Assembly: GCA_951406725.2 (NCBI GenBank)
Contig: OX597830.1
Location: 74,090,001-74,154,000, forward strand
From: Octopus vulgaris
Taxonomy: Eukaryota
Reading direction: 5' to 3'
DNA length: 64,000 bases
Below, in pieces: positions 14,431-27,736 of the stretch. A model generated the notes under the pieces. It made no database searches and was not told the origin of the DNA. It was given only the letters and a program-made list of their open reading frames with translations. Within the stretch, counting starts at the first letter, position 1. Each line of letters opens with the position of its first letter. The position numbers and the translations under genes were made by a program.

Positions 14431-14877
14431 CAACCCACCTCCATGAGGAAAACTTAATTTTAGTTCGTCTTCTATCCCCTGGCCAATACTTATTCAAGAG
14501 AAAAAATAAAACACAAATAATCTCATACTCACACACACACATACACAAAATATAACACAAGCACAAACAAAATGAAATAAACAATAATATAAAAATGTAA
14601 ATATATATTAGATATAGATGTAGATATTTCTAAATAAAAAAAATTAATTCAATAAAATTTTAGAAGATGTTTGACCCGTTTAAATTGAATATATTCTGAA
14701 AAATAATTAATTTTATTTTTTGCGATCCACCAACGATTCAAAATTTCTCAATAGGAGAAATAAGCAAAACAAATATTAGTATTATTGTTAATAATATTAT
14801 TATACTTGTAGTGATTTATATATTTATATAGATATCTATAGATAAAAATTGACACCATTGTTCGTCAATATTTAGAC

Positions 14878-15466
14878 ATGAGTACATATTTGCCAAACTC
14901 TTACCTCCCGGCCCTGCAGCCTACAGGAATGGGATCGTTTGGAAGTGGTCATCCGACTCAAAACGGAAATGCGTACCACTCAGCCAGACAAATCTCAGAC
15001 TACAATTACACGTCCCCTCTCAACAGTCACAACGTAGCCGCCGCCGCCGCAGCGGCTGCTTACCCGCGATTCCCTCCTTACAATCGAATCGACGTCAGAC
15101 CCCTAACCACCCAAAGCACGCAGGATACCACAGCTTACTTAAGACACAGCCAACAGACACAAGTGTCCGTCGAAGCGACAAATTCTTCGCCGATACATCA
15201 CCCTTGTACACGAGATTACGCAGGCTCGGTAGGGGAACATCCTGACATTCCTCAGTTCACCAGCTGTACACAACAGCCACCACAAGAAACCAATTTCTGC
15301 GACCCACAAACGGACAAACACAATTTATCATCACATCCTAACACACCGAGTCCAGTTTCGCCAGCGGCTAACACGACGGGTATAAACAGCAGTGACGGTA
15401 GCCCAAACAGTACTGACACATCAAGTACAAATTTACCCATTTACCCGTGGATGAGAAGTCAATATG
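14878..15466 (+). CDS. Antp: Hox gene, first coding exon (Antennapedia-like); homeobox exon not found in the window
   Basis: Only long non-repetitive ORF in the window. It starts MSTYLPNSY (variant of the Hox MSSYF..NS motif), has polyAla then YPRFPPYNR (Antp-type YPRFPPYDR motif) and ends LPIYPWMRSQY-G (Antp hexapeptide context YPWMRSQF). A GT donor follows at 15467 (TATG|GTACGA, phase 1), the usual position of the Hox intron. Hox identity is firm. Antp versus Lox5 rests on motif recall. Confidence 0.88.
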
Positions 15467-15590
15467 GTACGAATAAGCATTACTAGTTTTTTTTCCTGCT
15501 TATTAATAATATCATTATTATCATTATTATTGTTGAACACATTATCATTATACATATACACATACATATGCATACACACATATACATATA

Positions 15591-15810
15591 CGAGGGGGTA
15601 TTGAAAGGTTCCTGGCTAAAAGGGTATCGTGAATGGCCTGTTTTGAGGCCCAGACTTCTGAGTTCTACAGGACTAAGGAAAATTTGAAGGACCGCCGCAA
15701 TAAGTGCATTAATCTGAGAGGGGAATATGTTGAATAAAATCATGATTAACTGATTCTGCTGTATTTTCTTCTACCCAAAGCCAGAACCTTTTCAGTATCC
15801 CACCAACCCG
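15591..15810 (+). mobile_element. Mariner-derived MITE
   Basis: TA-flanked with imperfect TIRs (cgagggggtattgaaaggttcctggct / agccagaaccttttcagtatccc...cccg). It keeps the transposase C-terminus DRRNKCINLRGEYVE*. Confidence 0.75.
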
Positions 15811-15856
15811 TATACATATGTATGTATGTATGTATGTATGTATCTATATGTGTGTT

Positions 15857-15921
<65 letters not shown>

Positions 15922-16644
15922 GTATATATATACATGTATATATAAAATATGTATATATATACACATGTATATGTAAAATATATATTCTTTAAATTCTTTT
16001 AAATATTTCAGCTTTAAGGTGTGAATCATAGGAAATATATTTTGCCTTTCAAAACCGTACAATGAGTTGTTAACTTCACTTAAGTCTTTTTTAGTGGGGT
16101 TGTTGTGGAATCACGTCAGTGACCAGGTCGCAGTTGGTGTGCAGAAAACTTAGACGACAAATAATAAATGTTTAATACAAGTTAACAGTTTTTATTTGCT
16201 TTTGACTAGCAAATACATATCAACTACGCTATATTGTTTTAGTTTTAACGCACAATTTCAGGTCAAATCACTTTCTCTCCGATAAATATATTCTGTTCAT
16301 GTTTTGTGTTTCAAGAAGCTTCAGTTTCAGAGATATTTTGCCTTGCGTTTTGTTTTTTTTTTTATAAAGTTCTATTCTAAATACTGATTTTAAACAAAGT
16401 GCAGAGCATCAACAGCAGCATCAGTAGCAGCAGCAGCAGCAGCAGCAGCCGTTCAAGAGTTTGGACCTGGAGATCTCCATTTCCAGAGACTTCGAGGGCC
16501 ACCACCCAGTGGTGTCGGGCGGCAACGAAGAGCGTTCGACTACAACAAGACGACCAAAGTTTTTTTTTTTTTTCCAAAGGTCTGGGGCCTCCCGCCCCTA
16601 AGCTCTAGACCATCACCTAATCACCCTTACCCGTCTTGTTGCTT

Positions 16645-16708
<64 letters not shown>

Positions 16709-18211
16709 GCAGCAACAACAACAGCAGTAGCAACAACAACAGCAACAACGACGACAACAACAATGATACCAAGTGAAACACTACAGTTTCTATTGTCAGC
16801 AATTACAACAGAGACAACGACGACGACGAGGAATACGACGATGACGTCATTACCACCACCACCACACACAACGACCATCATTGTCACCAACATCATCCTA
16901 AAGAATAAGAAAAGTTACAGCATCAACAGCAATAATAGTAATGAAAATTATAGCTGCGAACGTGTATTGAAATAAAAAAGCTAACGCTCTTTTCTGCAGC
17001 AGAATTTAAGCAAATAAGAGCAACGTTTATTAAGACATAAAAACGTCTACTAATTCATGTTATATATATTTACGTACTCATCATTATTTTCTATTTTCAC
17101 AGCATGTAGACTCGAATTCATGAGACCAGAGATATACTTACAGTGTCTGTGAGTGTGCATGCATATATATATATACGAATATATATATGTGTGTGTGTGT
17201 GAATATATATATATGTATGAATACATATATATATATATAATATATGTTTATATAAATAATATATGTATATATAGATGTGTGTATGCATGAATATATATAT
17301 ATGTATGAGTATTTATATATATAAATGTATGTATATATGTGTGTCAGTGTATCTATACATATATAGATACACATATACATATACATATATATGTGTGTGT
17401 GTGGTACTAAATATATGTGATATCTAAATATACCGTTATATCGACCAATTCAGACATTTACAAATCAGAATTGCAGGCACGTGTGTATTTGAATATTTGG
17501 ACTAAATTTGACGTCATTCATAGAGATTTTTTTTTTTTTTTTTTCATTTTTTCCTCTCTATATTCTTATTTACAACAGCATGTCAGTGTTGCAGTTTAAG
17601 TCTCTGGAGTTAACGTCAGAAGCAATGATATTGTCTCTGTCTTTAAGAAGAAAAAAATGATTGCAATATACCTACTTGCAACATATCTTCATTCAGAATT
17701 TCAGACAAGGAAACGTCTAGAAATGTTGACGATGAATTTGAAATTTTAGTGCATCGAAATATACTGTAAGTAATGCGTGTGAAACTATAAAAAATAACTA
17801 TGAAAGAACGACAAATAAAAGCAGAAGGAAGTCGTATTCTCAAGATATATATATATGTATATATATATACACATATATATACACATATATAATCTACATA
17901 TATATACTGACTCGTCATTAAAATTACATAAGAGTATGCGTGTGTGTCTGTGTGTGTCTTTGTGTGTATGCGTGAGTTTGTGCGTTCGCGTGTGAGAAAA
18001 ATATCCTACATAACCGTATTTAGAAAGTTATATTCAGAATTTTTTTTTGTAGTTTCATACTTTATAAAACAATATTCAAGAGAATAACTTCGGTATAACA
18101 TCAGTAATAAGAAATTATACATAAATACATACATACATACACACATACATACATACATACATACATACATACATACATACATACATACATACATAGATAC
18201 ATACATAGATA

Positions 18212-19039
18212 CGAGGTCTGACCAATATATATATGGACTGTTGGCACAGTAACGAAGCTAATGCCTGCGGTGTAAAGCCGTGCACTAAGTTTTATCGTCC
18301 TAGCTAACTAGTGCTTGGAAGGAAGATGTGTAGCGTGTGATTGTCGCATTGACCATGACAGAGAAAATTGTCATGGCAACACCTGCTCAGAGGCTCATGC
18401 AAAGTTACAGAAAGTGTATGGAGAGGAGTATATGAGCTGTTCATAAGTGTACGAGTGTTTCAGATATTTCCAAGATGGCTGACAAAATATCGATATTGAC
18501 GAACTTTCTGGGAGACCCGCAACCAGCAGAACTGAAGAAAACCTCACAGATGTGCGTGAATCTGTGGGTGGCAAACGCCGAATCACCATTCGTAAGTTGT
18601 CAGAAGGAGTGCAGATTAGTTACGGTTCAGTCCATTATCACTGAAGATTTGGGTATAAGACGCATGTCTACCAAGTTTGTACCAAAACTACTTTCACCAT
18701 AGAGACACTCGGGTTACACAAGATCTTGATCGTGTCGAGAACAATAAAAACTTTTTGAAAACTGTGCATGGGCCTCTGAGCATGTACCGCCAAGCTTTTG
18801 GCAAAAGTTGATGCAAACTCTCTGGTCAACTTGCTCCGTCATGGTCAATGCGACGATCACACGCTAAACACATTCCTTCCAACCACTGCTGTAACCAGTA
18901 GAAGTGAGCTAGAACGTTAAAGCTTAGTACGCATACGCAGCAAAATTCAAGGTCAATCTGTGCCAAGCGGCTTTACTATGCGTGCTTCAGCTTCGTTACA
19001 ATGGCAACAGTTCGGATACTTATTGATCAGATCACCACG
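18212..19039 (+). mobile_element. Internally deleted mariner transposon
   Basis: TIRs of about 45 bp (...actgttg.ca..gtaacgaagct). Broken transposase N-terminus LQKVYGEE...FQDG...SGRPATSRT...RRITIR...SVQSIITEDLGIRRMSTKFVPKLL. Confidence 0.85.
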
Positions 19040-19074
19040 TGTATACACACACACATACATATATATATATATAT

Positions 19075-19300
19075 TTCTTTATTGTCCACAAGGGGCTAAA
19101 CATAGAAGGGACAAACAAGGACAAACAAAGGGGTTAAGTCGATTACATTGACCCCAGTGCGTAACTGGTTCTTTATTTATCGACCCCGAAAGGGTTAAAG
19201 GCAAAGTTGACATCGGCGGAATTTGAACTCAGAACGTAACGGCAGACGAAATACCGCTAAGCATTCCGCCCGGCGTGCTAACGTTTTTGCCAGCTCGCCG
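19075..19300 (-). mobile_element. SINE family B monomer
   Basis: Reverse complement of ggcgagctggcagaaacgttagc...gtttagccccttgtgg. Confidence 0.85.
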
Positions 19301-19723
19301 TCTACATACACACACACACAGACACATGCGCGCGCGCGCGCATACATATACTTGTCTTCGTCTGCCGAAAAAGGCATTTTTTTCAAAATACGCCAGCTAA
19401 ACTTGTACTGTTTATTAGTCGTAAGACACCCGCTGTTTTTGTCCTGTTATTACCATTATTGTTTTTGTATTTATATTCGTGTGGCATCGTCCGTTTTTCT
19501 GTCCTTGTTTCGTATTTATTCGATCCTTTTTCCAAGAAATCTAATGCTCGTAGCTTAGTTTTTCCTTGGGGCTGGCCGGATCGGAGCGATCTCAAGATTA
19601 ATCAGCCGAAATTGCGAGGATGATCCGGTTCTTGACCGAAGATTGAAGGCTTCGAATGTCCCGTCTGTGTTTTTTGTATCGTCTTCTAAATGTTTTACGT
19701 TCTTGTCCCAGTTTGTATTTTTC

Positions 19724-19755
<32 letters not shown>

Positions 19756-22198
19756 AAAAGAATGAGAGAGAGACAGGTAGGAAGAGAGAGAGAAAGACGG
19801 ATTGCTTTAGAACAAACCGAAATGTTAAGCTGATAACAAGATTTACAAAGTAATTAACAATAGGAACAAACACAGTAATACAAACTTGTAAACACAGATA
19901 TACATATATATGCACATGCACACACACGCATGCACACACACACACATACACACACACACGTGATTTTGTATGAAATTATTCGGGTTGGTGCTGGAGATGG
20001 TTATTATTGTTGTGTAGACATAGGTGAGTTTTCATTACGAATAATTATAATAAAAAGATATAGCAGCCATGTTTATATCAACTTTCTTTAAGACACTGTT
20101 TATACAGGTCTATATACTCTTGGATTTATATGCCGAATTTCCTTTTTTAAAGGCAGCAAAGGATGGTTTAAAGAGATTCTTCTGCAGTATTCCGTGGGTC
20201 GCGTAATCGCGCAATTGCAGTATAGTTAATTCTTAAGCGTGTTTAGTTATATCAGATATTTTGTAAGCACGAGAAAAATCTCATTACCCGCAATTAAATG
20301 CTAAACAACAATCTTATTTTCCTGTGATCCTATAATGTGCTTGTAATTCAAATTTAAAATGAGATTATTGTACGAGTTAACCTTTGAAACTATATTTCAA
20401 TTCCTTGTGGAATTGCTTTCATGACTATCTTTTAGTTACTAAACATGTTTCGATAATGAAGTAGAAATCCGCTGAACGAATGAGTATGCTGGATATAACT
20501 GATTTTGAAAATACTAGTAGTTAACATTCGTTAACAAACTGAATATGAAAGGATAAAGAAACATTTTGCTTAGAGAAAATTCGAAAATAATACTGAAAAT
20601 TTCTCACAGATTTCCGATGGTACAATTGATTTTATGAAGCAGTTAAATATTTAAGATTCAGTTCGGAAATATGAATATTATCACCAAATATTTGTAGTAC
20701 AAGATTGAAAAATATGATTTGAACAAAAGTTAGAAGTTCTTCATTCCTAAGTTAAGTGACTCTCTACAAATTGAGTGAAAACATTCGAAATATAAATCTA
20801 TAGCTTGTGATTTGAAAATGTAAATCTAACCTCAGGTAAAAGCCAATAATCCGTATTTGCGTTTCCTCTTTTTGAATAAATATATAGTTAACATCCAGAA
20901 AATCGGGTGAATATAAAATTTTATTGTAGGAGTTGTGATTCTGAATCCTAACATATAAAATATACTTCTTAATGTCAAAAGATATATTATTTCATTACGA
21001 CAAAGGAGGTGAGTTATTACGAGACAGTTATTTCCCTTTGAAAGGGATAAGGTTCCAGACAGAGACCTTATAGTCATCAGTGACTAAAAAGAAATGAATT
21101 GACATTGTTCTATCTAGTTGCTTCCCTTTGAAGGTGTGATAGCAAGTAGTGTTTTCAGTTGTGAATTATTGCCCCTGACAAGTAAGGGTTCTATAAATTC
21201 AACATAAAATTTATGTTCCGGTTACAAATACCATAGTCTACCAAATGATATGGATACTACACCATGCCGTCGCCATTTTTCTTTCTTTCTTTTTTTTTTA
21301 CATTATAAACATATTTCTTCATCGCCTCAATAAACATAACTGCAAAAATTAGCGATACTACACTTGCATTATTTTTATACACACACACACACGCATACAC
21401 ACTCACACCACGCGCTTATACACACACACACATGCACGCGCACACACACACATACATTCCTTCTTTCTCTCTCACACACACTCACGCACGCAAACGGTCA
21501 CAGACACACACAAGCGCGCACGCACACAAAAACACGCGCGCACACACAGAAACACACACACACACATACGTATGTGTAATTATGTATATATATGTGTGTA
21601 TGTGTGTGTGTATATATATCTATCTATTTATATGTATATGTATATTTATGTGTGTGCATATATATCTATACATGTGTGTATGTCTGCATGCATGCATCAA
21701 TATATAAAGTTAACAAATACACTCCTTAAAAGTAGATGTTGCTTTAGAACACACACATACTGTAATATTTACCAAGTGTGAAAAGTCTCATATGGTTATA
21801 AGGTGTATAAAAGCACATCAGAGATGTATCACCAGCAGAAGACAATCGCCTGTCTCCGTTGCTCACACATACATACATACATACATACATACATACATAC
21901 ATACATACATACATACATACATGCATACATACATACGCATATATAAGCATTAGCTCGCATGCATACGTTTTTATGTGTAATATTTTATCATATGGTATGC
22001 TTTATCCTCATTATTCCAATTACTCGTCTTACTTTTCTTAATTACACCCTGTCTGTATCCATAAGCTCGCAACAGAATCTTTATATACATACATACAAAC
22101 GCACGCATATACACACATACACACACTTATATATATGTATATGCATATATATACATACATGCATATATATATATATATATGTATATATTTATATATAA

Positions 22199-22247
<49 letters not shown>

Positions 22248-22276
22248 CATACCTACTTACATTCATACATTCAAAA

Positions 22277-22319
<43 letters not shown>

Positions 22320-22324
<5 letters not shown>

Positions 22325-22362
22325 ATGAAGAGTCTACAAGAGTAGATGCAAGCGCTAATATA
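22320..22362 (+). ncRNA. Degenerate minimal type I hammerhead
   Basis: UAUAU-AUGAAGA-GUCUAC-AAGA-GUAGAU-GCAA-GCGC-UA^-AUAUA. It has a 6-bp stem II and the same AGCGCU stem III as the 47441 motif, with C3A and A13C substitutions. Confidence 0.55.
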
Positions 22363-22489
22363 CGATTTATAAAAACATGTGACATATTAATAAAAATCTG
22401 TAAATATATAACCATCCAGTATCTTATTTCTTCTAATATATACATACGTATAAATATGTATATACATACATACATTCATAAGTACATAT

Positions 22490-22525
<36 letters not shown>

Positions 22526-23253
22526 GCTTAACTTGCAAATGCGTGTGTTCGTGTCTACGTATGTGCTTAAATCCGCGTGGATGTGCGCGCCCGCATCTGT
22601 TTCCAAGGCCTATCGGTACACGCTGATGTTTGATCTTCCGCGTGTTGTCTAATCTCCGATGTCTGTGCCTTAATACTTAATAAATAGCCTGTTAAGAACG
22701 ATGGAATATCAGCCAGTCAGACTCATACTTATCACTGTACATGTAGATAGATGAAAGCAGTCGGCGGACTTCCAGCTACAGATCTAAATTAAGGAGGTTA
22801 GTGGAAACATTATACCGTTATTCGGTGCCAGGGCAGACAGTCGCCTGAATTATACAGTTATGGATTTCTTTTTAGATATGTTTAGATATGTATCTCATGT
22901 TTTTTAAGGAAACTCAAAGTGTCTTTCAGTTGTTTGTTCATTAGTGGTATATAAAGATATCCACTTGCCGATGGAATCCAGTGTTTATAATTAATGTATG
23001 GAATGAACAGTATATATGTATATATGTATGCGTAATCCATGCATACTATAAATACACACACACACACACACATTCATACATTTCTCTCTCTCTCTCTCTC
23101 TCTGTATATACATATATATATATATATTATACGTGTGTGAATGTAAAAATGAAATTTATTACCTGAAGATAGATTGAACAGGCTTTAATATAAATCTGCA
23201 AAATGGTTTGAGTGCATCATTATCAATTGTTACTTTCTGAGTGGAACATATAT

Positions 23254-23655
23254 GCGCAGGCGTAGCTGTGTGGTAAGAAACTGGCTTACCGACCACATGA
23301 TTCCGAGTTCGGTCCCACTGCGTAGTACCTTGAGCAGATGTATTCTACTATAGCTTCTGTTTGACGAAAGCCTTGTGAGTAGATTTGGTAGACGGAAATT
23401 GAAAGAAGCCCGTTGTATATTTAGATGCATAAACGTGTGTGTGTATTTATCCCTCCCCAAACAGCACTTCTAGGCAACCGGTGTTGATGTGTTTGCATCA
23501 CCGTAACTTAGCGGTTCGTCAAAAGAGACAGAAAGCATATATACCAGGCTAATATAAAAAAAGAAAAACAAGAAAAAATTATTGAGGTTGATTCATTCAC
23601 TCCATTAAAAATTCAAAGCGATGCTCCAGTATGGCCGCAGTCTAATGGCTGAAGC
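23254..23655 (+). mobile_element. SINE family A, old diverged copy
   Basis: Degenerate match to family A in sense orientation. Confidence 0.7.
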
Positions 23656-23855
23656 AATCGTCTATTAGTATGATTCGACAATAGCCGTATAACGAAGTCT
23701 ATACAAACCATCTTCTCGTATTCTTTTATTTATACTCTACTGATGTTTGCAGATTTTCACAGACATATATCCAGTAGAAGATACCCGCAGAGGAATTTTG
23801 GGAAGCATATTATAATGTTATTTACTCAGATTATATTTAAAATATGTATGTATAA

Positions 23856-24265
23856 GGCAGCGAGCTGGCAGAAACGTTAGCACACCGGGCGAAATGCGTG
23901 GCCGTATTTCGTCTGCCGTTACGTTCTGAGTTCAAATTCCGCCGAGGTCCACTTTACCTTTCATCCTTTCGGGGTCGATTAAATAAGTACCAGTAACGCA
24001 CTGCGGTCGATATAATCGACTTAATCCGTTTATCTGTCCTTGTTTGTCTCCTCTGTGTTTAGCCCCTTATGGGTAGTAAAGGAATAGGTATTTCGTCTGT
24101 CGTTATGTTCTGAGTTCAAATTCCGCTGAGGTCGACTTTGAATTTCATCCTTTCGGGGTCGATAAATTACGTACCAGTTACGCACTGGGGTCGATGTAAT
24201 CGACTTAATCCGTTTGTCCGTCCTTGTTTGTCCCCCTTGTGTTTAGCCTCTTGTGGGTAGTAAAA
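23856..24265 (+). mobile_element. SINE family B dimer (full unit plus headless unit)
   Basis: Junction ggaata|ggtatttcgtctg at about 24086. Flanking direct repeat aaatatgta(t/c)gta. Confidence 0.85.
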
Positions 24266-24541
24266 AAATATATATCAAAAATATGTACGTATTCCCACGA
24301 ACAAGAACAAAGTGGCAAAGATGTACAAATATCTACATGATAAATTGCAATTAAAGTTTTCTAGAATTTCTAATAGTTTGAAACTATCTTATTTCTAAAT
24401 TTGTAGTCTATGCAATGTTTCCAATGCTAGACAGTTGTTAAAATTATCTTTAGTATATATTTAGTATATATATATACATATATACTTAAAACAGCAAAAT
24501 ATATATACTTATATATACTTAAAACAGCAAAACTAACAGAA

Positions 24542-24585
24542 AACTGTTACTCAGAGTTTCAGAGATTCTCATTCTTCAGACAGTT
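24542..24585 (-). ncRNA. Minimal type I hammerhead ribozyme with an intact core
   Basis: Minus strand reads AACUGU-CUGAAGA-AUGAGAAUCUCU-GAAA-CUC-U-GAG-UA^-ACAGUU. It has a 6-bp stem I, canonical core, bulged stem II, near-palindromic stem III and a GUA cleavage triplet. Confidence 0.75.
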
Positions 24586-24721
24586 GTGACCGTCGGGATT
24601 GTGAAGCTCGGAGTAACATTTTTGTGATAATTTTGCAACTCTAATAAAAAGATATCGCTCTACCTTTGGTATTCCAGTACTATTTTTTTTCCACTTTGAT
24701 TTGCACTTATATACTCATCTT

Positions 24722-24752
<31 letters not shown>

Positions 24753-24765
24753 CAGAGAGAGAGAG

Positions 24766-24823
<58 letters not shown>

Positions 24824-25470
24824 TTGCTTGTTTGTATATATAAATATTTATACATATACAATACAAATAAAAGTTGCTCAGTATAACTTGACCAACATAA
24901 TAGCATGTTGTTTCCACTCAACAAGACTAAACTACTGATATCATAATTCGTATACTATGTCGCCGATATTCTTTAGAAATGAAAAAATTCTCCATTATAT
25001 GATAAAATATCAGCGAGTAGCAACGATGTGATTGCCTTAACAGAAAATCTCGACGAAAGAAATTCAAATTCGATTTTTTTTTTCGGCGATTCAACCATTA
25101 CATGTTATATATTAATCTATAGAATTTATCTAGAATTTATCAAGAATTTATCTCTGTTTTATGCTATTTAGAAGTGCAGACAGATTTCTATTTACTATGG
25201 TACTGAAATTGGTGGTGTGAGTGTAGTAGATGCAGTAGTGAAAATCTAGCTCACATCATTATTATAGCATATTGACAAACGTTACAGAAAATATATATAC
25301 TAACATTATAATGATATATAAATATATAAAAATAGATATATAGACAAAATAAAAAAAAAAACATCATGAAAAAACCATCACTAAGAAACAAAAAAAAGCA
25401 AATAACAGCAAGTTAACACAAAGAACTCAACAAATATTTTCCAACACTTGAAGTTTATAAACAGCTCACC

Positions 25471-25504
<34 letters not shown>

Positions 25505-25516
25505 GTTTATATATGC

Positions 25517-25650
<134 letters not shown>

Positions 25651-25920
25651 GTATGGATATCATTGACTAAACTTCCGTCCTTATGGTGCAAAAACAAGCA
25701 AACAAACAAACAAAAAAATGAAGATATTTGCCGCTTCCTTAATATGAAGAAGCTTTGATCGTGTTTATCGGACACCATATTCTTGGAACAGGGTAAAAAC
25801 CATGAAAAGCTAATTTTTTTTTCCTTTTTTTCCTGAAAATAATATTATTACTGCTCTAAATATTGTATTATCTCTCATTTAAAGGTGCAAGAAAACAAAA
25901 TAAACATTATGAATTGTATA

Positions 25921-25975
<55 letters not shown>

Positions 25976-26254
25976 TATTATATTATATTATATTTATATA
26001 TATATATGTGTGTGTGTGTACTATAACTTTTATTACCATATTACACACTGCCACAGTTGTAGCTATATTGTAATAATTGAGTGAAACATCAAAGGAATGT
26101 GTAAAAAAAAAGAGAAAAATAAATATTCTACGCAGAAGCTCGGCCTAACACTCACACGCACACAGGTTTTATACAGTCGTACGCGTGAAGATGAATATAA
26201 ACAGATACATACATACACACATGTATAAAGTATATATGCATTATATATATATAT

Positions 26255-26396
26255 AAAGTATATATATATATATATAAAGTTATATACATATATACTCAAA
26301 TACATATGTGTGTATATATAAATATATATATATACAGGTGTACGTAAAAATTTATATACGTATATTTATATGCATACATAAATTCATATTAATATG

Positions 26397-26454
<58 letters not shown>

Positions 26455-26560
26455 TATATACATATATACTCAAATACATATGTGTGTGTATATATATATA
26501 TATATGTACGTAAAAATTTATATATATATTTATATGTGTACATAAATTCATATTAATATG

Positions 26561-26570
<10 letters not shown>
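26255..26570. repeat. Local tandem duplication of about 170 bp
   Basis: aaagttatatacatatatactcaaatacatatgtgtg...cataaattcatattaatatgattg occurs twice. Confidence 0.85.
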
Positions 26571-26646
<76 letters not shown>

Positions 26647-27341
26647 GTTTGCATGCGTATTTATACATAAACACACTCACTCACACATGGATACATATGT
26701 GTATATATATTTACACGCGTTCACACAAAACACACATTTATGTTTACAGATATACATACACTTACATGCATACACGCATACATACATACACACATACATA
26801 CATACATACATACATACATACATACATACATACATACATACATACATACATACATAGATGCTTTTGTATCATCTCCCGATGGTCTTCCATTTAGTGCTTC
26901 GCGTAGCATATGTGATCTTACACACGTACGTATATGCACACGACAACACACCCTATCACACACACATTCACATACACACATAGAAACACACACACAATAA
27001 CAGAAGTAGCACAGACACCGTTATCTATGTAGGTATCCTTAAATAGGGTAAGAGGGAGTGTTGATAATATAAAAATAAGAGAAATCCACACAGATATAGA
27101 CGAAACTCTATTAAGTATTATCAATCACCAATTAATCTTGTCGCCATTTATGAGATTCCTGAGTTATCTCCCCACAACACCGTCTCCAACGTTTCAACTA
27201 TATTTATTATAAGTACTCGTCTTTTTTCCCTGAGGATGTAACATATACATACCAACACATACGTACACACACACACACACATACACATGTTTGTATGTGT
27301 GCGTATATATGTATGTATTTATGTTAGGATGTAAGCATGGA

Positions 27342-27415
<74 letters not shown>

Positions 27416-27521
27416 GTGTGTATACTGTTTCATATCGAAACATCAAAGTGAATGGAGATTTGCAAATCAATAAGACATGGCGGCTACTGTTAACCTTTAA
27501 CACTGGGTTTGTACTTTTGAG

Positions 27522-27610
<89 letters not shown>

Positions 27611-27640
27611 TATATGCACACATACTCACACACACTCACA

Positions 27641-27686
27641 CTCCTGATGATTTCTTTTGAATGAAACAGTTCTAGTCCTGTAGAAG
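27641..27686 (+). ncRNA. Hammerhead motif with intact core but truncated stem I
   Basis: CUC-CUGAUGA-UUUC-UUUU-GAAU-GAAA-CAG-UUCUAGUC-CUG-UA^-GAAG. Stem III is 4 bp with a loop and the triplet is GUA. Confidence 0.55.
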
Positions 27687-27703
27687 CTCCTTCTATAAAA
27701 TAA

Positions 27704-27736
<33 letters not shown>

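Noticed and set aside
16500-16560. RQRRAFDY reading resembling a homeodomain N-terminal arm
   Set aside because: No helix 1-3 residues follow, and it runs into poly(T).
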